64,000 bases of DNA, from positions 258,447 through 322,446 of the forward strand of contig CAKVHE010000002.1 in NCBI GenBank assembly GCA_934747885.1, read 5' to 3'. Each line of letters opens with the position of its first letter. Positions within the stretch are counted from its first letter, which is position 1. The notes under the pieces are model-generated. The model searched no databases, had not been told where the DNA came from, and worked only from the letters and a program-made list of their open reading frames with translations. The translations under genes were made by a program, and so were the position numbers. This stretch comes from an uncultured Clostridia bacterium (GTDB lineage Bacteria; Bacillota; Clostridia; Christensenellales; UBA1242). Of this stretch, positions 1-8,601 are shown piece after piece.

Positions 1-39
1 TTAAAGCCAGCAAAGAACTAAAAACCGCAGTAGGAAACT

Positions 40-64
40 AAACGCCGTAACTGGCGTTTTTTTA
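40..64 (+). terminator. Rho-independent terminator of an off-window upstream gene
   Basis: Stem aacgcc (41-46) / ggcgtt (53-58) with a 6-nt loop, followed by a T-run to 63. Confidence 0.6.
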
Positions 65-67
65 TTG

Positions 68-96
68 TTGAAAATGTGAGCGCGTTGTGGTAAAAT
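68..96 (+). promoter_or_regulatory. Sigma-A-like promoter upstream of dus
   Basis: TTGAAA (68-73), 17-nt spacer, TAAAAT (91-96), with TG at 88-89 (extended -10). The ATG at 104 lies about 8 nt after the -10 with no SD, so the mRNA may be leaderless. Confidence 0.45.
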
Positions 97-103
97 ATGT
101 GGT

Positions 104-1045
104 ATGTTAAAAGAGTTAAAGATAGGAAAGGTAACCGCGCAAAACAAATTGTATTTGGCGCCAATGGCTGGATTTACTGATGTTGGGTTTAGAAGCGTCT
201 GCAAAAGTTATGGGGCGGGGCTTACTTGTACCGAACTTATTAGCGCAAAGGCGTTATATTATGGAGATAAAAAAACTGAACAATTGTGCGCAACTGCTCC
301 AAACGAAAGTCCAAAAGTATTGCAACTTTTTGGCAATGAGCCAAAGATATTTGAAGCGGTTTTAAAATTGCCTATCGTTCAAAAGTTTGATATTATCGAC
401 ATCAATATGGGGTGTCCAGCGCCAAAAATAGTCAAAAACGGTGAGGGCTCGGCGCTGCTTGGCAAATTTGCTTTGGCGGAAGAAATAATTCGCATCTGCG
501 TATCTTCTACAAACAAGCCTATCACGGTAAAATTTAGAAGTGGCTTAACGCCTAATTCAATTGTGGCGGTAGAATTTGCAAAAATGTGTGAAAGGGCGGG
601 CGCCTCTGCCATAACTTTTCACCCACGCACCACCGACCAAGGTTTTGGCGGAAAAGCAGATTGGGAACTATTTAAGTCGGTTAGAAAGGCAGTAACCATT
701 CCGCTAATTGCAAGTGGAGATATAGTAGACGCAACAGGTGCAAGATATCTTTTGGAAGAAGTTAAGGTTGATGGACTTATGATCGGTCGAGCTGCACTTG
801 GAAACCCAATAATTTTTAAAGAGCTAATTACTGGCGTAAAACTTGATTATACCGACGAAGATAAAAAGAAAGATATATTTGCACAAATAGAGGTTTTAAA
901 GCAGGTGTTTACCCCCGATTACATTTGCGCAAATATAAAAAAGCAACTCTTGTATTATTTTAAAAGAAAAAGTGCAAGCGTAAAAAATGCAATATCAAGA
1001 TGCACTAAATTGGAAGATATGGAAAAAATTATTGCAGAAATTTAA
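104..1045 (+). CDS. dus: tRNA-dihydrouridine synthase
   Basis: 313 aa. Has LAPMAGFTDVGFRS near the N-terminus, the DINMGCPAPKIVKNGEGSALL catalytic-Cys region and the FHPRT motif typical of the Dus family. Confidence 0.85.
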   Translation: MLKELKIGKVTAQNKLYLAPMAGFTDVGFRSVCKSYGAGLTCTELISAKALYYGDKKTEQLCATAPNESPKVLQLFGNEPKIFEAVLKLPIVQKFDIIDINMGCPAPKIVKNGEGSALLGKFALAEEIIRICVSSTNKPITVKFRSGLTPNSIVAVEFAKMCERAGASAITFHPRTTDQGFGGKADWELFKSVRKAVTIPLIASGDIVDATGARYLLEEVKVDGLMIGRAALGNPIIFKELITGVKLDYTDEDKKKDIFAQIEVLKQVFTPDYICANIKKQLLYYFKRKSASVKNAISRCTKLEDMEKIIAEI

Positions 1046-1138
1046 AAAAATCTCAAAATGCAAAAAAAACATTTTGAGATTTTTACTTTTTATAGTAAAA
1101 TAGGTTTAACAAAAATACATAAAGGGGAAAATCTTTTT

Positions 1139-3028
1139 ATGACAGAAAAGAAGGGAACGAAAGCAAAACTTATTAGTATAGTAATTTCTATGGTATGTGC
1201 GCTTTCGCTTTTAGCAGTTGGTGTTTTGGCATCGCTTACAAACTTTCAGGTAGCAATTGCCAACCAACTTAGTTTGGAGTTTAGTGCAGTAGAAGGGACT
1301 TTGTATGCTACTCGTTTAGGTGATGTTGCCGGTACTGATCGAACCACCAGCAAGGTTTTAAGCGAAAGTACTACGGCAACCGATTGGCTAAAAGTATATG
1401 ACGGAACCACAACGGCGGGCATCGTTCAAGCCAATTTGGATACCATTCAAGAACAAGTAAATTTTATTTCCAACGATGCAGTAAAGCAAAAAGTAGAAGC
1501 CGGTGCAAGCAGCATCGCAATAACTTATTATTTTTATTACACATTGCCAGGAGGTTCGGTTTCTAACGATGTAGTGCTTACGGCACCTGCAATGGGAAAC
1601 ACCAATGTAAAACTTACATATAGCTACATAAAAACTACAAGCAGCACTCTACCAAGTTTTGATGCCGCAACAACATTTGCAGATGGTGACACTGTGCAAG
1701 TTGCTGGCGGGGAACAGTTGTTTGTAAAGGCTGAGGCGCGAGTTGGGCTAACTGGCTCGGTTAATGTAGAAAGCGCAGATTGGACTTTTAGCTTAAACTT
1801 TGGCATTAGCAAGTTTTCGCTAAATAACGAAACCTTAACTTTTAATGAAGTTTCTGGTGCGGAAACTTACGAAGTCTGGGCAAAGGAAATAACTGCAAGT
1901 GGTGCGAGTTTGATTGCTCAAACTAGTAGCGTAGGTGACATCGATACCACTCTTGGAACCTTAAAACAAATTTTAACCAAAGACACAAGAACGGTTAATT
2001 TGGAAACCGCATTAAGTGACTTAACTGCCGGAAATTATAAAGTTACCATTGTTCCAAAAGACATAAGTGGCAAGGAAATTACTGGCAACCGAATTTCAAC
2101 AAGATATACCTTTAATCCTAAAATTACTTTGACATTTACTTTTAGTGATCTTGGTAGTGGTTTGGGTGGTATTAATAATGTAAAAGCAAATGGTACAGCG
2201 GTTACAACGTTAGATGTAATGCCTGGACTAACTTTTGCTGAAATAATTTCGCAATACAATTTAACATTTTCCACATATACTGGTACAAGTGCTGATTTTT
2301 CTACTTCTTATTGGGATCAAGGTGATGCATCAAAAGTATTTACAACCAATACAACAATTACTTTTAGTTATTACTCTTGTCTTGAAATAAACACTGAAAT
2401 AACAGTTTATGACGAAAAGAAGAAAAAATATATCCGCAAGAAATTGAAAGATATAACCTACGACGACTTGATTTTGGTTTGGAACTTTGACAAAGGTGAC
2501 TTTGACCTATCAAAACCAATATTTATCGCAAAAACGCGCAAGGCCGATCGTTACACGCTGGTTAAGTTTAGTGATGGAAGCGAACTTAAACTGGTTGGTA
2601 CTGACGATGGCAAGCGTCACCGTATCTTTAATGTAGATACCGGCGTGTTTGAATATGTGGGCAACAAAATGCCGGTTGGAACAAGAACCTTTAACGAAAA
2701 AGGTGAAATTGTTACCGTTACCAGCATTGAATTTGTAAACGAAAACATTGAGTTCTCATCCATAAAAACATATTACCACATCAACTGCTTTGCTGGTGGA
2801 ATATTAACTTCTGGCAGTTTCTCAAACTTGTATCCAATTAAGGATATGAAATATGTAAAAGACAATCGTACTCTTGCAAGCCGTAAAGACTATTTGGAAA
2901 TTGAAGATAAATATTTCTACGGCCTAAGACTTGCTGAGCGTCCACGCAACACCCTTTGCGACCAACTAGGTGTTAACGATGGCTCACTAAATGATTACAT
3001 TAACAAGTTGAAAGATTTATCAAAATAA
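1139..3028 (+). CDS. Membrane-anchored surface protein with a C-terminal Hint (Hedgehog/intein-like) domain
   Basis: Start moved to ATG 1139, preceded by aaagggga. Signal-anchor is AKLISIVISMVCALSLLAVGVLA. A Thr/Ser-rich beta-type ectodomain follows. From nt 2378 there is a Cys-initiated module CLEINTEITVYD ... LVGTDDGKRHRIF ... YHINCFAGGILTSG, then a ~70-aa charged tail. Confidence 0.6.
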   Translation: MTEKKGTKAKLISIVISMVCALSLLAVGVLASLTNFQVAIANQLSLEFSAVEGTLYATRLGDVAGTDRTTSKVLSESTTATDWLKVYDGTTTAGIVQANLDTIQEQVNFISNDAVKQKVEAGASSIAITYYFYYTLPGGSVSNDVVLTAPAMGNTNVKLTYSYIKTTSSTLPSFDAATTFADGDTVQVAGGEQLFVKAEARVGLTGSVNVESADWTFSLNFGISKFSLNNETLTFNEVSGAETYEVWAKEITASGASLIAQTSSVGDIDTTLGTLKQILTKDTRTVNLETALSDLTAGNYKVTIVPKDISGKEITGNRISTRYTFNPKITLTFTFSDLGSGLGGINNVKANGTAVTTLDVMPGLTFAEIISQYNLTFSTYTGTSADFSTSYWDQGDASKVFTTNTTITFSYYSCLEINTEITVYDEKKKKYIRKKLKDITYDDLILVWNFDKGDFDLSKPIFIAKTRKADRYTLVKFSDGSELKLVGTDDGKRHRIFNVDTGVFEYVGNKMPVGTRTFNEKGEIVTVTSIEFVNENIEFSSIKTYYHINCFAGGILTSGSFSNLYPIKDMKYVKDNRTLASRKDYLEIEDKYFYGLRLAERPRNTLCDQLGVNDGSLNDYINKLKDLSK

Positions 3029-3043
3029 TGTTTTGATGCAATG

Positions 3044-3073
3044 CCCGACCGCTTTCTGGTCGGGTTTTGCTTT
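3044..3073 (+). terminator. Rho-independent terminator
   Basis: Stem cccgacc (3044-3050) / ggtcggg (3058-3064), followed by ttttgcttt. Confidence 0.7.
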
Positions 3074-3103
3074 GTAGCAAAGTGGTTTTTTCCCTTAATT
3101 TAT

Positions 3104-3133
3104 TTGACTTTTGGGGCTTGGTTTTGTTACAAT
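3104..3133 (+). promoter_or_regulatory. Sigma-A-like promoter of the pgk operon
   Basis: TTGACT (3104-3109), 18-nt spacer, TACAAT (3128-3133), with TG at 3125-3126. Confidence 0.45.
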
Positions 3134-3176
3134 AAAATAGAATAAAAACTTAAATAAAAGTTTAAGGGGTTTAGTT

Positions 3177-4361
3177 ATGAATAAAAAGACTTTTAAGGAT
3201 ATTGATGTTAACGGAAAAAGAGTTTTGGTTAGAGTGGACTACAATGTTCCGCTTGGCGAAAAAGGCGAAATTTTGGACGATACTAGAATTGTTGCGAGTT
3301 TGCCAACCATTACTTATTTATTAAATAATCACGCAAAAATTATTTTGTGTTCACATCTTGGCAGACCAAAAGGCAACTTTAATACGGCTTTGTCGCTAAA
3401 ACCGGTGGCCGAAAGGTTGTCCAATTTGTTAAACCGCGAGGTTAAACTTGCCACTGATGTTATTGGCGAAAGTGCAAAAAATTTGGTAGACAACATGCAA
3501 GAAGGCGATATTGTTATGCTAGAAAATGTACGCTTCCACAAAGAGGAGGAAGAAAACGACGAAGAATTTGCAAAAAAACTTGCATCTTTTGCCGATGTGT
3601 TTGTTTTAGACGCTTTTGGTACTTCGCATCGCGCGCATGCATCAACGGCTGGGGTAGCAAGATTTATTCCAGCAGTGGCAGGTTTTTTGGTTGCAAAAGA
3701 AATTACCGAAATAGACAAAGTTATGCAAAAACCTGAGCGTCCAGTTTTGGTAATTTTTGGCGGCAAAAAGGTATCAGACAAAATTGGCGTAATTACTTCT
3801 ATGCTTGATTTGGCTTCAACCATTTTAATAGGTGGCGCAATGGCGTTTACCTTTATTGTGGCAAAAGGCGGAGAGGTTGGTTTGTCGCGTTATGAGAAAG
3901 ACAAAATTGAGGTCGCAAAAGAAATTTTACGCCTAGCCGATTGCAAAAATGTAAAAATTGTATTGCCGGTTGACAGTGTAGTAGCAAGAGAGTTTTCGCC
4001 AAAGGCACGTTCAAAAGTTGTTAATTCGTTTAAAATACCGGCTGGTTTTCAAAGTATGGATATTGGACCAAAAACAATAAGATTGTTTAAGTCTGAAATA
4101 AAAAAAGCAAAGACCGTTATTTGGAACGGACCAATGGGCGTTTATGAGTTTAAAAAGTTCAAAAAAGGCACTGATGCCATTGCAAAAGCAATTGCAGTTT
4201 CGGGCTCAACCAGCATAGTTGGTGGCGGTGATAGTGCTGCGGCAGTACTTTCTAGTGGCTATGCATCACGAATAACACACATTTCTACTGGTGGCGGTGC
4301 AACACTTGAATATCTAGAAGGCAAAAATCTACCGGGTGTTGCAATGCTTGAAGATAAATAA
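3177..4361 (+). CDS. pgk: Phosphoglycerate kinase
   Basis: 394 aa. Has KRVLVRVDYNVP at the N-terminus and the GGGDSAAAV and STGGGATLEYLEGK motifs. RBS aagggg is upstream. Confidence 0.95.
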   Translation: MNKKTFKDIDVNGKRVLVRVDYNVPLGEKGEILDDTRIVASLPTITYLLNNHAKIILCSHLGRPKGNFNTALSLKPVAERLSNLLNREVKLATDVIGESAKNLVDNMQEGDIVMLENVRFHKEEEENDEEFAKKLASFADVFVLDAFGTSHRAHASTAGVARFIPAVAGFLVAKEITEIDKVMQKPERPVLVIFGGKKVSDKIGVITSMLDLASTILIGGAMAFTFIVAKGGEVGLSRYEKDKIEVAKEILRLADCKNVKIVLPVDSVVAREFSPKARSKVVNSFKIPAGFQSMDIGPKTIRLFKSEIKKAKTVIWNGPMGVYEFKKFKKGTDAIAKAIAVSGSTSIVGGGDSAAAVLSSGYASRITHISTGGGATLEYLEGKNLPGVAMLEDK

Positions 4362-4377
4362 ACAAGGAGAAGTTTTA

Positions 4378-5136
4378 ATGAAAAATTTGTATCTCGTTGC
4401 AAATTGGAAAATGAATAAAACAATTGCAGAAACAAATGCGTTTTTTGATGAATTTTTGCTTGAAAATATAAAGACTAAAAATCATATTGTAATTTGCCCA
4501 AGTTATTTGTCTATTCCAAAAGCAGTAGAAAAAACAGCGGGCACCAATATTGAAATTGGCGCGCAAAATATGCATTATGCAGAAAGCGGCGTTTGGACAG
4601 GAGAAGTTAGTGCAAAAATGTTAACCGAAGTTGGCGCAAAATATGTAATTATTGGACATAGTAGCAGACGTGCGGAAGACAACGAAACCAATGAAAAAAT
4701 AAATTTAAAATTAAAAGCGGCTTTAAAAAATGGTTTAACGCCAATACTTTGTATTGGAGAGTCGGCAAAGGAGCGTGAGGCCGGTCGCACTTATAGAGTT
4801 CTTAAAAAGCAAATTTTGTGGAACTTTAATGAAATAGAAGACCCTGAAAAAGTTATCATTGCGTATGAACCTTTGTGGGCAATTTCGGACGGCAAAAACT
4901 TGCAAGTAGTTCCAACTGTGGAAGAAATTAGAGCTGTTAATTCTGGTATTAAGCGTGTTTTAAGACAAATTTATACGCCAGAGCAGGTGAAAAAAATCAA
5001 CATTTTGTATGGTGGTAGCGTTAGCGACAAAAATGCGCGCGAGATTATGCAGGAACGTAGCGTTAATGGCGTTTTAGTGGGTGGCGCGAGTTTGAACCCT
5101 CAAAAATTCAAAAACATTATAAAGGCGGTAAATTAG
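4378..5136 (+). CDS. tpiA: Triosephosphate isomerase
   Basis: Start at ATG 4378 after aaggaga. Motifs VANWKMNK, IIGHSSRR, AYEPLWAI and VLVGGASL. Confidence 0.9.
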   Translation: MKNLYLVANWKMNKTIAETNAFFDEFLLENIKTKNHIVICPSYLSIPKAVEKTAGTNIEIGAQNMHYAESGVWTGEVSAKMLTEVGAKYVIIGHSSRRAEDNETNEKINLKLKAALKNGLTPILCIGESAKEREAGRTYRVLKKQILWNFNEIEDPEKVIIAYEPLWAISDGKNLQVVPTVEEIRAVNSGIKRVLRQIYTPEQVKKINILYGGSVSDKNAREIMQERSVNGVLVGGASLNPQKFKNIIKAVN

Positions 5137-6674
5137 TGAAAGCAAATCGACCGGTGTGTCTTATTATTATGGATGGCTTTGGCAGACCCGAAGATCCAAA
5201 AGTTAGTGCAATAAATAGAGATAATACCAAGTATTTGCAAATGCTTTGCAAAAATTATGCAAACTCACTTTTGCGCGCAAGCGAAGAAGCGGTAGGGCTA
5301 CCAAAAGGTCAACCGGGAACGTCGGACGTTGGACATTTAACAATTGGTACGGGCAGAGTAAAATATCAACCGTTGGTTGAAATAAATCGCTCAATAGAAG
5401 ACGGTTCGTTTTATTCCAATGAAGCCTTTTTAAAGGCTATCGAAAATGCAAAAGGCAAAGGCAAGAGTTTACATTTGGTAGGTATTCCATCAAATGGTGG
5501 CGTGCATAGCCATATTGATCACTTGCTTGAACTTATCAAACTTTGCGCCAAACATGGGCTAAGCAACAATGTTTATATCCATTTTGTATCTGATGGCAGA
5601 GATGCGCCAATTAGATCGGGCAAAGAGTTTTTGGCACAAGTGCTAAAAGTAATTAAAGAAACAGGCTGCGGTAAAATTGCCGATATTGTGGGCAGAGTTT
5701 ATGCTTTTGACCGTGACAAAAACTGGGATAGAGTGGAACTTGCATACAACGCATTTGTTCGTGGTAAAGGGGTGCAAGAAACTGACCCTATGGCTGCTTT
5801 TGACCATGCTTACGAAAAAGGTGAAACAGACGAATTTATCAACCCTATTGTGATGGTCGATGGCGCTGGCAAGCCGGTTGGTTTAATTAAAAAGGGCGAT
5901 AGTGTAATTAGTTATGATTATCGCGCTGACCGTGAGCGTCAACTTGCGTATGCTTTTGACGATACAAACACTTTGCCTTACACCGACAAAGATTTAAAAC
6001 TTACCTATGTTTGCATGACTGAGTACGACGAAAATTTGAAAAACTGTTTGGTTGCTTATCCACCAAAACACTTAAAACATATTTTAAGTGAGGTTTTGCA
6101 AGACCGCGGATATAGACAATTTAAAATTGCTGAAACAGAAAAATTCCCATACATTACCTTTGCTTTCAATGATGGTAGAATTGAACCTTATGAAAATGAA
6201 GATAGGGTGCTTGTAGATTCGGTAAAAATGAAAAGTTATGCGGGCAAACCAGAAATGAGCGCGCAGAAAATTGCTGACGAGGCCGAAAAAGCTGTTAGAA
6301 AAAATATTTATGATTGCATAGTAATCAACTTTGCAAACTGCGATATGGTTGGGCATTCTGGCGACAAAAAAGCCACCGAAATTGCTGTTCAAACGGTAAA
6401 CAACTGCGTAGAGCAGGTGGTTGAGGCTGTGCGCCAAAATAACGGCGTTGCGATTGTAACGGCAGACCATGGCAATGCGGATATTATGGAATATCCAGAT
6501 GGCTCGCCTTGCACATCGCATACAAAAGCACTGGTTCCGGTAATTATTGTTGATGACAAAAACAAAGATCTAGAACTAAAACACAATGGCACGCTAGCAG
6601 ATATCGCGCCTACAATATTAAAAATACTTGGAGAAAAAGTTCCGGAAGAAATGACGGGAACACCACTGTTCTAA
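5136..6674 (+). CDS. gpmI: 2,3-bisphosphoglycerate-independent phosphoglycerate mutase
   Basis: 512 aa with a GTG start overlapping the tpiA stop (TAGTG). Motifs IIMDGFG, GTSDVGHLTIGTGR, VSDGRD and TADHGNA. Confidence 0.9.
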   Translation: MKANRPVCLIIMDGFGRPEDPKVSAINRDNTKYLQMLCKNYANSLLRASEEAVGLPKGQPGTSDVGHLTIGTGRVKYQPLVEINRSIEDGSFYSNEAFLKAIENAKGKGKSLHLVGIPSNGGVHSHIDHLLELIKLCAKHGLSNNVYIHFVSDGRDAPIRSGKEFLAQVLKVIKETGCGKIADIVGRVYAFDRDKNWDRVELAYNAFVRGKGVQETDPMAAFDHAYEKGETDEFINPIVMVDGAGKPVGLIKKGDSVISYDYRADRERQLAYAFDDTNTLPYTDKDLKLTYVCMTEYDENLKNCLVAYPPKHLKHILSEVLQDRGYRQFKIAETEKFPYITFAFNDGRIEPYENEDRVLVDSVKMKSYAGKPEMSAQKIADEAEKAVRKNIYDCIVINFANCDMVGHSGDKKATEIAVQTVNNCVEQVVEAVRQNNGVAIVTADHGNADIMEYPDGSPCTSHTKALVPVIIVDDKNKDLELKHNGTLADIAPTILKILGEKVPEEMTGTPLF

Positions 6675-6913
6675 TGATGCTTAGTAACATTTTTACGCTT
6701 GCAAATTTAGTTTTGGCACAAACCGAAGATCAAAAACGAATGACCTTAATACTAGTTGGTATTTTTGCTTTTATTGGTTGTTCGTGGGTGTTTGACGGCT
6801 TTGCCAAAAGCAAGTTCGTAGGCGATAAAGTTTATAAAAAAGTTTTGATGTTTGTTAGTATATTTTTTATCGCCTTGTTTTTTATATTGGCGTACGCTTT
6901 TAACAAAAAATAG
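6674..6913 (+). CDS. Small two-TM membrane protein, function unknown
   Basis: 79 aa. The ATG overlaps the gpmI stop (TAATG). Two hydrophobic helices; no recognisable family. Confidence 0.45.
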   Translation: MMLSNIFTLANLVLAQTEDQKRMTLILVGIFAFIGCSWVFDGFAKSKFVGDKVYKKVLMFVSIFFIALFFILAYAFNKK

Positions 6914-6981
6914 ACTAAAAACTATTGTAAAAAGATTTTAAGTGTGATATAATTATCGCATACTTTAACGGAGAGATGTAT

Positions 6982-7311
6982 ATGTTTAATTTCGCAAATG
7001 TGCTATTAGCTGACAAAATACGACCAGACTGGGTGGTTAATTCTTTCCCAATTATCCGCTTTGTTCTTATGATCATTATTTTGCTCTGCTCTATCTTTAT
7101 GATTGTTGCAACAATGATGCAACAAGGCAACACAAATGGTATGACTGGTATTACCGGCGACACTAGCGACACCTTTTACAATCGCAATAAAGGTCGTTCA
7201 ATGCAAGGCAAATTAAAACTATGGACAACAATTGTTGCAATTTCAATTTTTGTATTGTGCCTTGTATATTTGGTACTGACCACAGTTTATGCCGGCAGTT
7301 TGTTTGCATAA
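6982..7311 (+). CDS. secG: Preprotein translocase subunit SecG (with N-terminal extension)
   Basis: MMQQGNTNGMTGITGD...NKGRSMQGKLKLWTTIVAISIFVLCLVYLVL follows the SecG pattern: a helix, a Q-G-x-x-G-(L/M)-(S/T)-G loop and a second helix. The second ATG (6982) has better spacing to ggagag than 6976. The position after the glycolytic genes is typical of Firmicutes. Confidence 0.6.
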   Translation: MFNFANVLLADKIRPDWVVNSFPIIRFVLMIIILLCSIFMIVATMMQQGNTNGMTGITGDTSDTFYNRNKGRSMQGKLKLWTTIVAISIFVLCLVYLVLTTVYAGSLFA

Positions 7312-7319
7312 TAACAAAG

Positions 7320-7351
7320 GTTCCTAAACATAAAGTTTAGGGACTTTTTTT
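7320..7351 (+). terminator. Rho-independent terminator after secG
   Basis: Stem cctaaac (7323-7329) / gtttagg (7335-7341), extended by flanking pairs, followed by a T7 run. Confidence 0.7.
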
Positions 7352-7406
7352 GTATAAAAAATCCTTTTTGCCGTATAATAATAAAAAAGCACAAAGGAGA
7401 GTTTTT

Positions 7407-7607
7407 ATGATTACGCTTATTGCAACAATTATTGCAATTATTGGCTGTATTAACTGGTTTTTAGTTGGTGTATTTACGTTCAACTTAGTAACTTGGATTT
7501 GTGGTGCCGGTATTATTGCAAGAATTATTTATGCAATTGTTGGTATTGCTGGTTTCTGGTTGATTTATATCTTAATTAGAAAACGTGGCAAAATTGCAGA
7601 AATTTAA
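7407..7607 (+). CDS. DUF378-family small membrane protein
   Basis: Start at ATG 7407 after aaaggaga. IIAIIGCINWFLVGVFTFNLVTWI...ARIIYAIVGIAGFW matches the DUF378 pattern (GxxNWGLVG...dlV...YxxVGlaa). Confidence 0.7.
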   Translation: MITLIATIIAIIGCINWFLVGVFTFNLVTWICGAGIIARIIYAIVGIAGFWLIYILIRKRGKIAEI

Positions 7608-7610
7608 ATA

Positions 7611-7640
7611 AAAGGCAACAAACAAGTTGCCTTTTATTTT
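7611..7640 (+). terminator. Rho-independent terminator
   Basis: Stem aaggcaac (7612-7619) / gttgcctt (7626-7633), followed by a T-rich run. Confidence 0.75.
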
Positions 7641-7642
7641 GC

Positions 7643-7672
7643 TTGCGATAAGAGTTTGATTTGTGTTATAAT
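7643..7672 (+). promoter_or_regulatory. Sigma-A-like promoter
   Basis: TTGCGA (7643-7648), 18-nt spacer, TATAAT (7667-7672), with TG at 7664-7665. Confidence 0.45.
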
Positions 7673-7697
7673 AGACTTATAAATTTTAGGAAACTTT

Positions 7698-8597
7698 ATG
7701 GACTATTTGATTGTATACAATCAGTTTGCCGGAAAAGGTAAGGCAGAAAAAATAGCGAATAAACTCGCTGATGCTTTATTAACCCTAAATAAAAAAGCAA
7801 CATTATTCTCAAACAAGCGTGAGCAAGATTTTTACGAATTTTTATTAAAACAAAATTTGCCGGACGAAACCACCGTAATTTCAGTGGGTGGCGATGGAAC
7901 GGCTTCTACGGTAATAAATTCAATCTTGCACGCGGGCAAGTCGTTTGCGGTCGCGGTATATTCTGCGGGCACTGCAAATGATTTTTTTATTGCTTCGCAT
8001 TTGCCGAAAAATATTAAAAAATTTGTAAATGCTATTACGCAATACCAGCCTAAACCAATTGATTTAATTTGCTACAATAATGGTGATTATGCTCTTCATG
8101 CACTGGGCGCCGGGACCTTTACCAATGCAAATGAAAATTTTTCAAGAAAGAGCAAACGCGCCTTTGGAAAATTTGGATATTATTTTAGATGTTTTTTTTC
8201 TAGATTTAACGCCAAAAGTGATGAACTAAAAATAATTATTGACAATAGCGCCGCTATAACGCTAAATGCTTATTTTTTTTATATAACCAATATACAAGTT
8301 GCGGGTGGTTTTAAAAATTTTTCACCTCTTTCAAGTTTGCAAGATAACAAAATTGAAATTTTAGCAATAAAAAAGTGTAGGTTTTTGCCGTTTTGCTTTG
8401 TATTTTTGTCCCTTTTGTTTGGACGCCACATAAAAAGTAAAAATGTGTTTTATGCAAGTGGCAAAAGCATAAGCGTAACAGCAAAAACAAAATCTTGCTA
8501 CAATCTGTTAGATGTGGATGGAAATAAAAAAGAGGCAATGCCACTAAATGCAGTTGTAGTTTCAAACAAAATAAAACTTTATACCAAAGAAGGTTAA
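7698..8597 (+). CDS. Diacylglycerol/lipid kinase family protein (DagK/YegS-like)
   Basis: 299 aa. VISVGGDGTASTVINS and GTANDF are motifs of the DAGK catalytic domain. Confidence 0.75.
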   Translation: MDYLIVYNQFAGKGKAEKIANKLADALLTLNKKATLFSNKREQDFYEFLLKQNLPDETTVISVGGDGTASTVINSILHAGKSFAVAVYSAGTANDFFIASHLPKNIKKFVNAITQYQPKPIDLICYNNGDYALHALGAGTFTNANENFSRKSKRAFGKFGYYFRCFFSRFNAKSDELKIIIDNSAAITLNAYFFYITNIQVAGGFKNFSPLSSLQDNKIEILAIKKCRFLPFCFVFLSLLFGRHIKSKNVFYASGKSISVTAKTKSCYNLLDVDGNKKEAMPLNAVVVSNKIKLYTKEG

Positions 8598-8601
8598 TCA
8601 T

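Noticed and set aside
97-106. Possible leaderless dus mRNA (ATG 104 about 8 nt after the -10, no SD)
   Set aside because: This rests only on a predicted promoter. It cannot be supported without 5'-end mapping, so I left it as a note in the feature evidence.
1-204. 67-aa minus-strand ORF at the window edge
   Set aside because: It runs antisense through a terminator, a promoter and the 5' end of the well-supported dus gene. It has no RBS or recognisable motif.
3329-3823. 164-aa ORF antisense to pgk. The same applies to 6084-6521 antisense to gpmI and to 33100-33489 and 33704-33988 antisense to dnaE.
   Set aside because: These are shadow ORFs opposite strongly conserved genes. Their products are low-complexity and Ser/Phe/Cys-rich, with no start context.
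3177-7311. Glycolytic operon with pgk-tpiA-gpmI but no gapA/cggR upstream and no eno before secG
   Set aside because: Operon composition varies widely among Firmicutes. The missing genes are probably elsewhere in the genome, so this is not evidence of anything unusual.
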